64,000 bases of DNA, taken from NCBI GenBank assembly GCA_038078615.1, contig JBBTWT010000011.1, forward strand, positions 7,480 through 71,479, given 5' to 3'. Made by a program: the position numbers and the translations under genes. Under the pieces are notes generated by a model. That model searched no databases, was not told the origin of the DNA, and saw only the letters and a program-made list of their open reading frames with translations. Shown here in pieces: positions 47,979 to 58,408 of the stretch. Origin of the DNA: Patescibacteria group bacterium (GTDB lineage Bacteria > Patescibacteriota > Minisyncoccia > Moranbacterales > UBA1568). Position 1 is the first letter of the stretch. Each line of letters starts with the position of its first letter.

Positions 47979-48950
47979 CTATTCGGCAAGCTTTTGCTGC
48001 TCTACGGCGACCCTGTCCAATGTGAGCCACCCGACCCACAGCGCACACCGAAACAGTGCCTGTGCCGCGACGACGCACAGGATGCCTGCGAGAGACAGAA
48101 GCGAGAGAAGCGTGAAAAACAGAAGCAGAGCGAGGAAAAACGGTATCGCTTGCGAAGGGAGATGCTTGGTCGTCTCGCCTCCCCTCAGGAATGTGATAAG
48201 CTTTTGTTGCAAAGCGAGCGAGAGTATGTCGGACATTTTTTCATCTCCCGCGACCGGTCGTCCCGCGAGTGTCGCTATCTGCTCCCTGCCCGACACGAGA
48301 AAGAGTTCCTGCGCGATCTTCGCCTGATCCGCATCGAGCAGAAGAGTCATCCCGCTCTTGTTCTGCTCGAGACTGAGCAGGAAACCGTCCACGGTCGCAT
48401 CCCCCTCCGAAAGCATGGCGAAACTCGGATTGATGGCACCGGCGGCCTTGAAAATAATTCCTGTCATCTCTTCGCCGATCCGGAAACGCGGCACCAGCTC
48501 TTCCCACGAGACGTTTTTCAGGACGACATAGTATCCGCTGGCCAGGGCGAGCGACAAGCCGGCGACGAATAGGAATTGTCCCGAGCGCACGCTCTTGAAG
48601 AAATGGAAGCGCACACGTTCCTCAAATTCTGAAGCGATACCCATACTGCTCCAGAAAACGAGCGCCACGGATACGGCCGCCGCCACGACATATTCCCACG
48701 AATGTGCAAAAAGCAGTCCCGGCAAGAAAACCAGCGCTGCTCCCGCTATCCTGAAATACGCGTCCGCCCACACCGCTGTCCCGAGAAAGAAAAACGCTGC
48801 CAAAAAGAAAAACCATACCGCCGGACGCCGGATATCGGACGCACCCGGTGTCAGTATCCCGCTGAAAAATGCCTGCCACGCTCCGAGCGCGAGCAGCCCG
48901 ACAATCAGGACGAGAAAAATACCGACTATTCTTCTCCTGGTGAATTGCAT
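47979..48950 (-). CDS. Hypothetical multi-pass membrane protein
   Basis: Hydrophobic helices; co-oriented with flanking genes. Confidence 0.75.
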   Translation of the reverse strand: MQFTRRRIVGIFLVLIVGLLALGAWQAFFSGILTPGASDIRRPAVWFFFLAAFFFLGTAVWADAYFRIAGAALVFLPGLLFAHSWEYVVAAAVSVALVFWSSMGIASEFEERVRFHFFKSVRSGQFLFVAGLSLALASGYYVVLKNVSWEELVPRFRIGEEMTGIIFKAAGAINPSFAMLSEGDATVDGFLLSLEQNKSGMTLLLDADQAKIAQELFLVSGREQIATLAGRPVAGDEKMSDILSLALQQKLITFLRGGETTKHLPSQAIPFFLALLLFFTLLSLLSLAGILCVVAAQALFRCALWVGWLTLDRVAVEQQKLAE

Positions 48951-48990
48951 AAGCGTTCTTAATCGAATAATTTTCTCTCTTTGATATATT

Positions 48991-49947
48991 CTACACCTTA
49001 TAATACCACCTGTACCATTCGACGAAATTCTTCACGCCCTGCTCGATACGCGTGGTCGGTTTCCAGCCGAGTTTTCGGAGCTTCCGGATATCGGCGACGG
49101 TCGACGGCACGTCTCCTTGCTGCATCGGCATCATTTTCTTTTTCGCCTTTTTTCCTGAATATCGCTCCACGGCCGCGATGTAGTCGAGAAGCGCCTCGTC
49201 GCGATCGCCGCCGATGTTCATCACGGCGCACGCCAGATCGGCGTCCAGCACCGTGATCGTTCCCGTCGCGATGTCGTCTATGTACGTGAAATTGCGCCGC
49301 ATCTTTCCGAAATTATAGACATCGATCGTCTTGCCGCGGATGATGTTCGCGATAAATTTGAAAACGCCCATATCCGGCCGTCCCCACGGTCCGTACACGG
49401 TGAAATAGCGCAGCCCCGTCGTCTTGATCCCATAGATATGGCTGTACATATGCGCCAGAAGTTCCGTCGCCTTCTTGGTCGCCGCATACATCGAGATCGG
49501 CGTATCGACGCTGTCCGTTTCGGAAAACGGGACTTTCTTGCTATCGCCATACACCGATGACGAGGACGCATAAACGAAATTCTTTACGCCGTATTTCACC
49601 GACAGATCGAGCAGATTCGTCGTGCCCATGACATTCACGTCCGCATAGAGCATCGGATTGTCGAGCGAGGCGCGCACGCCGGCCATCGCCGCCAGATGGA
49701 TGATCTTGTCCGGTTTTTCCTTCTTGAAGACTTTTTCGAGAAATTTCCGATCACGGATATCGCCCGTGTACAGCGTGAATCCTTTTTCGTATCCTTTGAG
49801 GAATTTTCTGATGCGGTCGCGTTTCAATCGAGGGTCATAATAGTCGTTGAAATTATCAACGAGCGCCACCGCATCACCACGCTCTATGAGCCTTTTCGCG
49901 ACCGCACTTCCGATAAAACCAGCGCCACCGGTAATCAGGATGTTCAT
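48991..49947 (-). CDS. NAD-dependent epimerase (UDP-glucuronate 4-epimerase/CapI-like)
   Basis: HLAAMAGVRAS, YAATKK, FTVYGPWGRPDM, MQQGDV. Confidence 0.92.
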   Translation of the reverse strand: MNILITGGAGFIGSAVAKRLIERGDAVALVDNFNDYYDPRLKRDRIRKFLKGYEKGFTLYTGDIRDRKFLEKVFKKEKPDKIIHLAAMAGVRASLDNPMLYADVNVMGTTNLLDLSVKYGVKNFVYASSSSVYGDSKKVPFSETDSVDTPISMYAATKKATELLAHMYSHIYGIKTTGLRYFTVYGPWGRPDMGVFKFIANIIRGKTIDVYNFGKMRRNFTYIDDIATGTITVLDADLACAVMNIGGDRDEALLDYIAAVERYSGKKAKKKMMPMQQGDVPSTVADIRKLRKLGWKPTTRIEQGVKNFVEWYRWYYKV

Positions 49948-51116
49948 ACGATTTTTCCCCGTAAATAATTATAATATTCGGCATCATCCGCGCTCATTGT
50001 CGTATAATGCTCCAAAACCTTTTCTCTCGCTTTTGCTCCCACCTGTTTCCTCAGGTCGGCATCTTCGATCAGCTTCCCTACCTTTTCGATCCACTCGGGT
50101 GTCGTGCTTGCGACGTATCCGTCCATGCCGTCCATGATCGCTTCCTTGAATGTCCCGGTCGCGGCGGCTACCGTCGGTACCGCCAGAAGTCCCGCCTCGA
50201 ACCACTTGAGCTCCGACTTCGCCTCGCAGAACGGATTGCCTATCTCGAGCGGCGCCAAATTGATATCCATATGCGCCACCATAGCGAAATATTTCTCACG
50301 TGACAAAAACGGTATGCGTTCGATACGGTCCGAGAATGTTCGCAACCGCTCATCAATATCGATCGGTCCGACGAGGACGAGACGCCACGACGGGTATCGT
50401 TCGAACAGCGTGAGAAGCGCGGGAATGATCGTCGCAAAATCCTGATTATGGCTCAAAGTGCCCGAAAGATAGCACACACGCACGCACGCAGAATCCTTGC
50501 GCGCATTTTTGAGCAGATCTTCGGCGTACGCCACGTCTTTTTGGGAAACCGTATTGCGCACCACAAACACCTGTTTTCCTTTCTCGCGCAGTTTGTCTGC
50601 GAGAAACGTCGTGGTGGTAGTGCACGTTTTTACATACGGGTCATCGACAATCTCCCCCCCCAGGCCATTTTCATACAGTTTGCGTTCGAGAACGTTCATA
50701 TCGGCATAACCGGCCATATATTGCAAGAATCGCGGATCATACACCAGATCATCAGCCTCGAAAATAATTTCCTTCCCCAGCGACTTGATCCGCTCGATAC
50801 ATCGCGCTGCTTTGTCCGTGTACAGTACGCGATGAAAAACAAACACGGAAAATTTGTCCGCGTATGATGTGAGAAAGGGGTTGTCCTGGATAGTGATCGC
50901 TGTTTTGAATCCGTGGAATTCCAATGCTTCTGCGATATGCACGGTGCGATAACGAGCGCTGTCTCCTACGCCGTTGGAGATGAACAATATGTCCCCCGGT
51001 CGCACACGCTTGAACAAAGCGAAAAATGCGGCGAAAACGCGCCACCCTCCGCGCCACAAGCCATCTCTCTTGAGTACATTCCACGCTTTTCCGATTTTTA
51101 TGAGGAAAAGCTTCAT
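49944..51116 (-). CDS. GT-B fold glycosyltransferase
   Basis: SARYR, FEADDL, SGTLSH, INLAPL, CEAKSELKWFEAG. Confidence 0.85.
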   Translation of the reverse strand: MKLFLIKIGKAWNVLKRDGLWRGGWRVFAAFFALFKRVRPGDILFISNGVGDSARYRTVHIAEALEFHGFKTAITIQDNPFLTSYADKFSVFVFHRVLYTDKAARCIERIKSLGKEIIFEADDLVYDPRFLQYMAGYADMNVLERKLYENGLGGEIVDDPYVKTCTTTTTFLADKLREKGKQVFVVRNTVSQKDVAYAEDLLKNARKDSACVRVCYLSGTLSHNQDFATIIPALLTLFERYPSWRLVLVGPIDIDERLRTFSDRIERIPFLSREKYFAMVAHMDINLAPLEIGNPFCEAKSELKWFEAGLLAVPTVAAATGTFKEAIMDGMDGYVASTTPEWIEKVGKLIEDADLRKQVGAKAREKVLEHYTTMSADDAEYYNYLRGKIV

Positions 51117-52309
51117 ACTCTCCTTTTTTCGATTATGATTTTCTTATAGAGATTTTCCAATTGTTCCGCGGATTTTTCCCAACTGAACAGTTCTGCGCGC
51201 CTGCGATTGATCGCGCCTTTCGCCGCGCGAAGGGGAGGAGAATCAATCAATTCTCCGATAGCGTCTGCCAGACCCTCTGGCGTCATTGCGCGCGCGTATG
51301 TGCCTCCATCATCCAGATATTCGCGATTATTCCGTGTGTCGAAACAGGCGATCGGCAATCCCGCTCCCATATATTGAAGCGTTTTTCCGCTCGCTTGCCG
51401 CGTACTCGATGCTTTCGGATCGACGCCGATATCGCTCATTTTCAAGATCTGTGGCAGTGCGAAATATGAGAGAGGACTGATGATGGTCGCTCGTGTTTTG
51501 AAAATGTCGCGCTCCACGTACCCGGTGATTTGATCCACTGGAAATCCGGCGATAACGAAGTGTGCCTCTCTGTGCTTCTCGCACACGAGCGGTATGGCAT
51601 CGAGCAGCAACTGGATGCCTTTATTGGGAATGAGCGCACCGGTATAGGCAATGATGATTTTGTCCTTCGGAATATGGTAGGCTGTGCGGATCAGAGAGAC
51701 ATCCGGCAATTTTTCGAACAGCGACAGGCGCGTACCGTCCAAAAGAACCTGCGCGGGATCGTTCAGACGCACTTTGTTGATATCTGCGGCGTTGTCCCAC
51801 GAGCTCGTCACCGCGGCATCGCCGAGGCTGTCTATCCGGTGTTCGATCATCTCAAAAAATCCCTGCAGCAAGGCGGTACGCAGATAGCTATGCGATACCA
51901 TCTCTTTGGTCAGGCTGCCATGGAAATCCGCGACAAGCATCATCTTGCGCCAGAACAGCGCCTTCTCTACGATCCATCCGATGAGCGCTCCCTCGTGCAG
52001 ATGGCCATGGATGATATCCGGTTTCCATGTACGCGCGAGAAAAAACGTCTTGCGGATGAGCATCAGATCGAGAATGATCTTCTGCCAATCCGGCCCCGCT
52101 TCCAGTTTCTTGTACCAAAAAAGCAGCCGCCGGATGCGACGGATATCTATGCCCGTATCCAAGTGTTTCGGCAAATCAGCGCCGATATGATACGTCGCGA
52201 TCACGATCTTATGCCCGCGCTTCTCAAGCGCCAGCGCCTCTTCGAGGATGCGGATGTGCGTGCCGCGGTCGGAGAAGAACGGCGTCGGAGCCACTACGAG
52301 GATTTTCAT
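51113..52309 (-). CDS. Glycosyltransferase family 4
   Basis: APTPFFSDRG, YTGALIPNKG, KTLQYMGAGLPI. Confidence 0.9.
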   Translation of the reverse strand: MKILVVAPTPFFSDRGTHIRILEEALALEKRGHKIVIATYHIGADLPKHLDTGIDIRRIRRLLFWYKKLEAGPDWQKIILDLMLIRKTFFLARTWKPDIIHGHLHEGALIGWIVEKALFWRKMMLVADFHGSLTKEMVSHSYLRTALLQGFFEMIEHRIDSLGDAAVTSSWDNAADINKVRLNDPAQVLLDGTRLSLFEKLPDVSLIRTAYHIPKDKIIIAYTGALIPNKGIQLLLDAIPLVCEKHREAHFVIAGFPVDQITGYVERDIFKTRATIISPLSYFALPQILKMSDIGVDPKASSTRQASGKTLQYMGAGLPIACFDTRNNREYLDDGGTYARAMTPEGLADAIGELIDSPPLRAAKGAINRRRAELFSWEKSAEQLENLYKKIIIEKRRV

Positions 52310-52321
52310 ACGCGTTCGGTC

Positions 52322-54775
52322 TTACAATTCATCACCGGAAACTGTCAGTGTCCCTCCCTCGGCTATCTCGTCGGCTATAATTTTCTTCACCACGACATCT
52401 TCGATGGCATCCTCGATAAAACGATTGAGAGAACGCGCTCCGAATTCCGGCTCGAATCCCTTCTCCACGATCTTCGCTACGACATCAGAAGCGAAACTGA
52501 TCGTTATGTTTTTCTCCTTCTTGAGACGATCGGCAAATTTTTTCAATTTGAGTTCCGTAATTCTTTCCAGCTCTTCCTGTTTCAATGGTTCGAAGAAAAT
52601 AATGCCATCGAAACGATTCAAGAATTCCAAACGGAACAGGTTACTCTCGACGATATGATCGAGCACCTGTTTGCGGATCACCTTGATCGGCGCCTGTTCC
52701 CGCACGAGAGATTTGATGATCGACGCACCGGCATTGGAAGTCGCGATGATAATCATATTGCGGAAACTCACCTTTTCTCCGAAACCGTCCGTCACATATC
52801 CCTCGTCGAGAATCTGCAGAAACAGATCGAGTGCCCGCGGATAGGCTTTCTCGATCTCATCCAAAAGCAAAATAGAAAACGGTTTTTCCCGAGCCGCCGA
52901 AACGAGCTCTCCTTGGACTCCCATCTCGCGCGAACCGATCATACGATCGATGGATTCCGTGGTCTGGAATTCGCTCATATCCAGACGGATCATCCGGTCC
53001 TCGCTGCCGAAATAGCTTTCCGCGAATGCCTTGACCGTCTCGGTTTTCCCCACTCCGCTCGGTCCGAAGAAGATGAAGCTCCCGAGCGGCCGCGAGGCAT
53101 CGCCGAAACCGGCACGCGCTTTGCGCATCGCTTCGGCCACCTGTTTCACCGCTTCATCTTGCCCAATCACGCGCCTGTGGAGCAATTCTTCAAGTTTCAG
53201 GAGTCTCTCTTTCTCATCCGCTTTGAGAACGCCGGTCGGCACGCCGGTTTTGAGCGTGACAAAAGCATCTACCGTTTCCGGCGTGATAAAATCGCCGCCT
53301 GTCCTCTGCCAATAGATAAACACTTCCTGAGCCAAGTCGATAGCCCGTTCAGGAAATGGCGTGTCCCAATCATAACGCCCGGCAGACGCGATCGCCGCTT
53401 GGAATCCTTTCACCGTGAAAAACACCCTTTTGCGTTCCAATCTCTCGAATTGCTGCACCAGGATGTCGAAGGTCTCGTCGACATCCGTCTCGCGCAGATA
53501 TATCACCTCGAAATATTTCAGCGTCTGCTCATCCGCTTTGGCAAGCGCGTGATACCTCTCTGTCGGCGCGGTCGCGATCAGACGGAAATTCGGCAACTGG
53601 AGAAATTCGCTGAACAGCGGGGCGAGATTGGGACGCGAATGATCATTCCCGAGATACAGGTCTATATTTTCGATAGCGAGAATGACATTGCCGGCATAGG
53701 TCGCCTCAGTGAACAGCGAACGCATGGCGCTATCCATGTTTTCACCACGGCTCGCGGCTACCTCCTCTGCCCGACCGATATCGAACAAGAGCACCCGTGT
53801 TTCATCCAGATGTTCCATGCCGAACGCGTTTTCACGGATGCGATGAGCAAGATGGTGGATAAGCGTCTTTTTTCCGATTCCCGGCGCGCCTACGAGGATG
53901 ACGCTGTTCTGCGTCGGGCGCTCGAGCACGACGGTTACGACGCGCAATTCGTCCTGCCGTCCGACAAGCTCCGCCTGGCTGTATTCCGTCGGATCGTGCC
54001 GCGAAAGATCAAGACAATATCTGTCAAGATGCGGCGTATACGCATAGTGCCAGCTTTTGCCGATGGGTCTCGCCTTGTGCAGATTCTCCCACGACCAGAA
54101 ACGGCTCTTCCGATCGCGTTTTTCGGCCGCGTGTCTCTCTATAGTAACCGCACGCTCATAGTCTGCCAGCTCGATACCGAGCGTGCCGAGAAATGCGAGG
54201 AATGTTTCCGTATCCCGGAGCACCTCTTGCCCAAAAGATTTTTCCTTGAGTCCGAGACGGGCAAGTATGCGTTTGAAAAATTTTTTATCCCGCAACTCTT
54301 TGATAGCGAATGTCGCAGATTCTTCTTTTTTTCTCAAGACATAACCGAGCAGTACGATACCGGATCCGGCTATCCCGAAAAGCAGGCTCACAATTCCAAG
54401 AAGCCGTGTCCAGGGAAACACCACGACACCGACCACGATGAAGAATGGTGCACCGACATACAGGAGAAGCATCATCGCCCCTGCCATCAGAGTCAGAAAC
54501 CAGAGTGATCCTCCTATCGCGAGCATCACGAGCCGCGAGAGCATCCCGAGAAATCGGGAAAGAAAATTGTCAAACAACCTCCTGAAAAACAGGAGCGGAT
54601 GCAGGCCTCTCCAGTTATGAAAAGACACGTCCCGTTTCCAAGGCGAAACAAGCGTACGCAACAGCCCGCCGATATAAAAACGATGGACGACAAACCGCAA
54701 TAAGTTGTCGAGCAGCAGAAACGCGCTCCGTAACCCTTGCGTATAGTACCAAAAGATAAAATTCCGGTTCATCAT
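52322..54775 (-). CDS. ClpA/ClpB-like AAA+ ATPase with an N-terminal membrane anchor
   Basis: TM segment, degenerate NBD1 (GAPGIGKKT, IENID), intact NBD2 (GPSGVGKTE, DMSEF, LLLDEIEKA, FGAR). Confidence 0.9.
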   Translation of the reverse strand: MMNRNFIFWYYTQGLRSAFLLLDNLLRFVVHRFYIGGLLRTLVSPWKRDVSFHNWRGLHPLLFFRRLFDNFLSRFLGMLSRLVMLAIGGSLWFLTLMAGAMMLLLYVGAPFFIVVGVVVFPWTRLLGIVSLLFGIAGSGIVLLGYVLRKKEESATFAIKELRDKKFFKRILARLGLKEKSFGQEVLRDTETFLAFLGTLGIELADYERAVTIERHAAEKRDRKSRFWSWENLHKARPIGKSWHYAYTPHLDRYCLDLSRHDPTEYSQAELVGRQDELRVVTVVLERPTQNSVILVGAPGIGKKTLIHHLAHRIRENAFGMEHLDETRVLLFDIGRAEEVAASRGENMDSAMRSLFTEATYAGNVILAIENIDLYLGNDHSRPNLAPLFSEFLQLPNFRLIATAPTERYHALAKADEQTLKYFEVIYLRETDVDETFDILVQQFERLERKRVFFTVKGFQAAIASAGRYDWDTPFPERAIDLAQEVFIYWQRTGGDFITPETVDAFVTLKTGVPTGVLKADEKERLLKLEELLHRRVIGQDEAVKQVAEAMRKARAGFGDASRPLGSFIFFGPSGVGKTETVKAFAESYFGSEDRMIRLDMSEFQTTESIDRMIGSREMGVQGELVSAAREKPFSILLLDEIEKAYPRALDLFLQILDEGYVTDGFGEKVSFRNMIIIATSNAGASIIKSLVREQAPIKVIRKQVLDHIVESNLFRLEFLNRFDGIIFFEPLKQEELERITELKLKKFADRLKKEKNITISFASDVVAKIVEKGFEPEFGARSLNRFIEDAIEDVVVKKIIADEIAEGGTLTVSGDEL

Positions 54776-54880
54776 GTGTGTGTGCCAGCAATGAGACTGC
54801 GCATTTTCTTAATTGTAAACGCATTCGAAGCGCTTTGCAAATTGAAAAAAGCGGCCTTTATGGGGTATAATGCGATTCAT

Positions 54881-56677
54881 ATGGAATCTCCTTCCGCGAC
54901 GGACAAAACCGATGTGCTGCTCGTCCTGTTCGGACTCTCGTTCATCGTCTTCGGATGGTTCGTTTTTTCGCTCGCCGTAAGCGGCTTCTTCTTCTTTCCG
55001 CTCGTCGCAAGCGGCGTGGTGCTGTCCGGAGCGATGGCTCTCTTCATCGGCGGCAAGCTCCTCCTCCGCGCGCCGCTCGACTTCAAGATAGCCCTGCTGG
55101 CCACCCTGCTCTTCGCCGCCCTCGTCGGCTATTTTTCCGAACCGACCGTGTTTTCCGGCCGCGACCAGGGCGCTATCAGCGAGGCCGCGTTCCGTCTGGC
55201 GCACGACGGACAACTGGCCTTCGCGACACCTGCGAGCGACCGTTTCTTCAAGATCTACGGCGAAGGTACCGCGCTCAACTTTCCTGGTTTCGCCTATACT
55301 GCCAATGGCACCCTCATCACGCAATTCCCGCTCGGCTACACCGCGTGGCTCGGCGGCTTCATCTCTCTCTTCGGCCTCTCTGGTCCGGCGGTCGCCAATG
55401 CGATTCTCCTGTTTCTCTTTTTCCTCACGTTCTATGGCCTGCTCCGGATATTCGTCCATCCGTATTACGCCTTTGCCGGGCTTGTGCTCGCCGCAACATC
55501 GTTTTTGCCGACCTGGTTCGCGAAAGTCACCCTAAGCGAGAATCTCGCCGTATTCCTTTTCACGTTTCTCATCTGGAATCTCACCCTGTTTCTCCGCAAC
55601 GGAAAATTCATCTCTTACGCCGGCGTGCTGCTCTCTGCCGGACTCTTCACTTTCACCCGCATCGAGGGATTCGCTTTTCTCGCCCTCGCGCTCATCATCC
55701 TGGCTTTCAGCGGACAGGCGCGGCATGTCTGGAAAACCTATCCCTGGAAAGGCATCGTCATCCCGGTGCTTACGTTCATTTTCTTTTTCCTGCGCGATTT
55801 CTTCATCAATCTCCCCTATTACAAGATGATCGGCAAGGCGCTTCTGAAGTTCCTCGACCAGCTGGGAACCGGCAGCATCACGGGCGATATCGCGAACGCA
55901 GGCGGACATTTCACTCTCGGCACGGTCTTCTTTCTCTACGGGCTGCTCATCTTGTTCCTCGCCGGACTGTTCGGCATACTGCTCCTGCTCAAAGAAAAAC
56001 GCTGGATCGCGCTCGTTCCGGCCATGATAGCCCTCCCGACATTCATCTATCTCTTCGATCCGAATATCTCGCTCGATCATCCCTGGATGCTCCGTCGTTA
56101 CCTCTTCTCCCTCTTTCCGACGCTGCTTTTCTCGGCGGTTCTCGGCGTAGCGCTCCTATTCGCCCGAGAAAAAACCTATCCGATCGCGATGCCGCGCGGA
56201 CGGAACCTGGTATCCGCAAGCGTCATCCTGCTCGGGCTGATCACGCTCCAGTACCCGACGTGGAGCGCGGGCCTGCCATTCGCCGAGAATCGGACGCTCA
56301 TCGATCAGGTGGGCGCCTTTAGCCGGGAATTTTCCGACAGGGACCTGATACTCGTCGATCGCAACGCTACCGGAGACGGTTTCGCGATGCTCACCGGCCC
56401 CGCGCAATTCCTCTTCGGCAAGAACGCCGTCTACTTCTTCAACCCGCATGATCTCGGAAAACTCGATACCTCATCGTTCGAGTATGTGTATCTCCTGGTG
56501 CCCGAAGGAGATCAGGGACGCTATGCCGACATTTTCGGCGACCGTCTCGTATTCAGGAAAACCGTCACTTTTTCCCGGGAACAGTTCGAACACCTTTCCC
56601 TCGAAGATGGGTCCCTGCTCCGTCTGCCGGAAAAAGCGTTCCGCGAAACCCGCAATCTCCTCTTTCAGATATACTGA
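54881..56677 (+). CDS. Multi-pass membrane protein, probable GT-C glycosyltransferase
   Basis: GRDQG loop motif, LSENL, TRIEG, RRY; start reassigned to MESPSA. Confidence 0.7.
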   Translation: MESPSATDKTDVLLVLFGLSFIVFGWFVFSLAVSGFFFFPLVASGVVLSGAMALFIGGKLLLRAPLDFKIALLATLLFAALVGYFSEPTVFSGRDQGAISEAAFRLAHDGQLAFATPASDRFFKIYGEGTALNFPGFAYTANGTLITQFPLGYTAWLGGFISLFGLSGPAVANAILLFLFFLTFYGLLRIFVHPYYAFAGLVLAATSFLPTWFAKVTLSENLAVFLFTFLIWNLTLFLRNGKFISYAGVLLSAGLFTFTRIEGFAFLALALIILAFSGQARHVWKTYPWKGIVIPVLTFIFFFLRDFFINLPYYKMIGKALLKFLDQLGTGSITGDIANAGGHFTLGTVFFLYGLLILFLAGLFGILLLLKEKRWIALVPAMIALPTFIYLFDPNISLDHPWMLRRYLFSLFPTLLFSAVLGVALLFAREKTYPIAMPRGRNLVSASVILLGLITLQYPTWSAGLPFAENRTLIDQVGAFSREFSDRDLILVDRNATGDGFAMLTGPAQFLFGKNAVYFFNPHDLGKLDTSSFEYVYLLVPEGDQGRYADIFGDRLVFRKTVTFSREQFEHLSLEDGSLLRLPEKAFRETRNLLFQIY

Positions 56678-56723
56678 CAAATTTGGAAGCCTTGCTTCCA
56701 AATACTCTATAATATACCAGCCT

Positions 56724-57884
56724 ATGCCATTCACCGAACCGATCATTCCCATTCCCGAAGCCTGGCGCAAACGCTATCAGGTGCTGCGCGTTCTCCTTTA
56801 CATAGCCGTCATTTCGACGGTCATTATCTTCGCGCTGCGCGTGCTCTTTCCTACGCTCGTCTTTTCCTTCAATTTCAAGACGCCGGGCTCGAGCAAGAAC
56901 AACATCCTCGATCCGCGCTCGCCTGAGAACACGCCCCGCACCAATGGCAAAATAGAAACCGGCGATACACTCATCGCCGACGCTGGTATCGTCGGAAGTT
57001 TCTCTCAAGCCCGTGCACAAGTGACGCTGGAAAAACAATCCGCTATCCCGGAGAGTCTCGAATTCTCTCTCCGTCGCTCATACCGCAGCTTTCTCCTGCC
57101 GACCGGTGCGGATGTGACCGGTTTCCCGCAGGAATCGCTCTACAAGATAGAGGGTACATACTATGCCCTCCGCAATGATACATTGTATCCTTTCGTCAGC
57201 GATAATGCGTATCTTTCCCGCTACCCGGATGATTTCGCCGAATCTGTTTCCGGAGACTTCCTCGCCCGCTATCCCGTCTCCGAAAGCTGGATCGGTTTCC
57301 GTATCGGATCGGTCGTTTCTTTCGCGGCCGGGGTGTTCCTCATCGTGAGCGATACCGAGATGCGCCCCGTCGGCAGCGCGGATATCTTTCTCGCGCTCGG
57401 CTACCGTTTCGAGGACGTGCGCCCGGCAAGCGCCGAAGAAATCGGCATCTACGGGCGCGGACGGATCTTCCTGCTCGGCGCACAGCACCCCGACGGCACG
57501 CTGTTTCTCGACCGGGATACTGAGACGTACTATCTCGTCGATCACGGTATGAAGCGGCCGATCACCGATGCGAAGTATCGTGACTTCATATCGAAACAGC
57601 AGACTCCGATCAGCGTCTCCTCGAAATCAAGCGAGGTACGAGCGAACTGCATCCTCGTTCCGTCCCTTTTCGGACAATCGTTCTCCTGCACGACGCCGAT
57701 CGATACGCTTTCCCCCGAAAACGGATCCGATTTCGAGATACGGGTCGAGGGAGCGGATGCCGATATCGATATCAACACGCTCCAGGTTTCCTTCGCAACG
57801 GACAAAAGCACGGAGAATATGCTGACGCTCCTCTCGGCTATCAAGCAGCGTCTCCTCTCACGCCTCGGTCTCGGACAAGAATAA
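56724..57884 (+). CDS. Hypothetical membrane-anchored extracytoplasmic protein
   Basis: One TM helix, then repeated beta modules (..YLVDHGMKRPI.., ..FLALGYRFEDV..); start MPFTEP. Confidence 0.75.
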   Translation: MPFTEPIIPIPEAWRKRYQVLRVLLYIAVISTVIIFALRVLFPTLVFSFNFKTPGSSKNNILDPRSPENTPRTNGKIETGDTLIADAGIVGSFSQARAQVTLEKQSAIPESLEFSLRRSYRSFLLPTGADVTGFPQESLYKIEGTYYALRNDTLYPFVSDNAYLSRYPDDFAESVSGDFLARYPVSESWIGFRIGSVVSFAAGVFLIVSDTEMRPVGSADIFLALGYRFEDVRPASAEEIGIYGRGRIFLLGAQHPDGTLFLDRDTETYYLVDHGMKRPITDAKYRDFISKQQTPISVSSKSSEVRANCILVPSLFGQSFSCTTPIDTLSPENGSDFEIRVEGADADIDINTLQVSFATDKSTENMLTLLSAIKQRLLSRLGLGQE

Positions 57885-57897
57885 TCATATCGCCCCT

Positions 57898-58329
57898 ATG
57901 GAAATGATCGATACATACCTCGCAAAATATCTCACACCTCTCAAGGAAAACGGCTGCCTCGCTGTCTGCTATGCGCTGCTCGCCGAAGCGCTTTTCATCG
58001 GCTATCTCGGGTTCATCACGCTCTTCACCATCGAGACGCTCTTGCCGACCTTCGTCACCGCGCGTTTCAGCCTGACGCAGTTTTTCCTCATCCTTTTCCT
58101 GCTTTCATTCGTTCTCATCGCGCTCGGACAGTATCTCGATATCAGCTTCGACCGGCAAATGAGCAAGATAAACAAAAAGAGTCCGGCACTCTGGCTCGGA
58201 CTCCTCTGGACACTCGGCATCCTCGCCATCTCCCTCTACAAGTTCCCACCGCTCACCATCCCCATCATCATCACCGGTTTCTTCTTTGTCGGTTTTTTCT
58301 TCTGGAAAATATTTTTTAGTGAGGAATGA
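57898..58329 (+). CDS. Hypothetical 4-TM membrane protein
   Basis: Hydrophobic ORF, operonic with the upstream gene. Confidence 0.7.
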   Translation: MEMIDTYLAKYLTPLKENGCLAVCYALLAEALFIGYLGFITLFTIETLLPTFVTARFSLTQFFLILFLLSFVLIALGQYLDISFDRQMSKINKKSPALWLGLLWTLGILAISLYKFPPLTIPIIITGFFFVGFFFWKIFFSEE

Positions 58330-58408
58330 TTCTGGTAATTTAAAAAAAGAAAACCACTGGGCGATACCATATGGTCTCTATAAGTCCTTCTTGTAATACA
58401 GAGAAAGA

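Noticed and set aside
51530-54508. 992-aa + strand ORF
   Set aside because: Antisense shadow of the Clp ATPase and GT4 genes.
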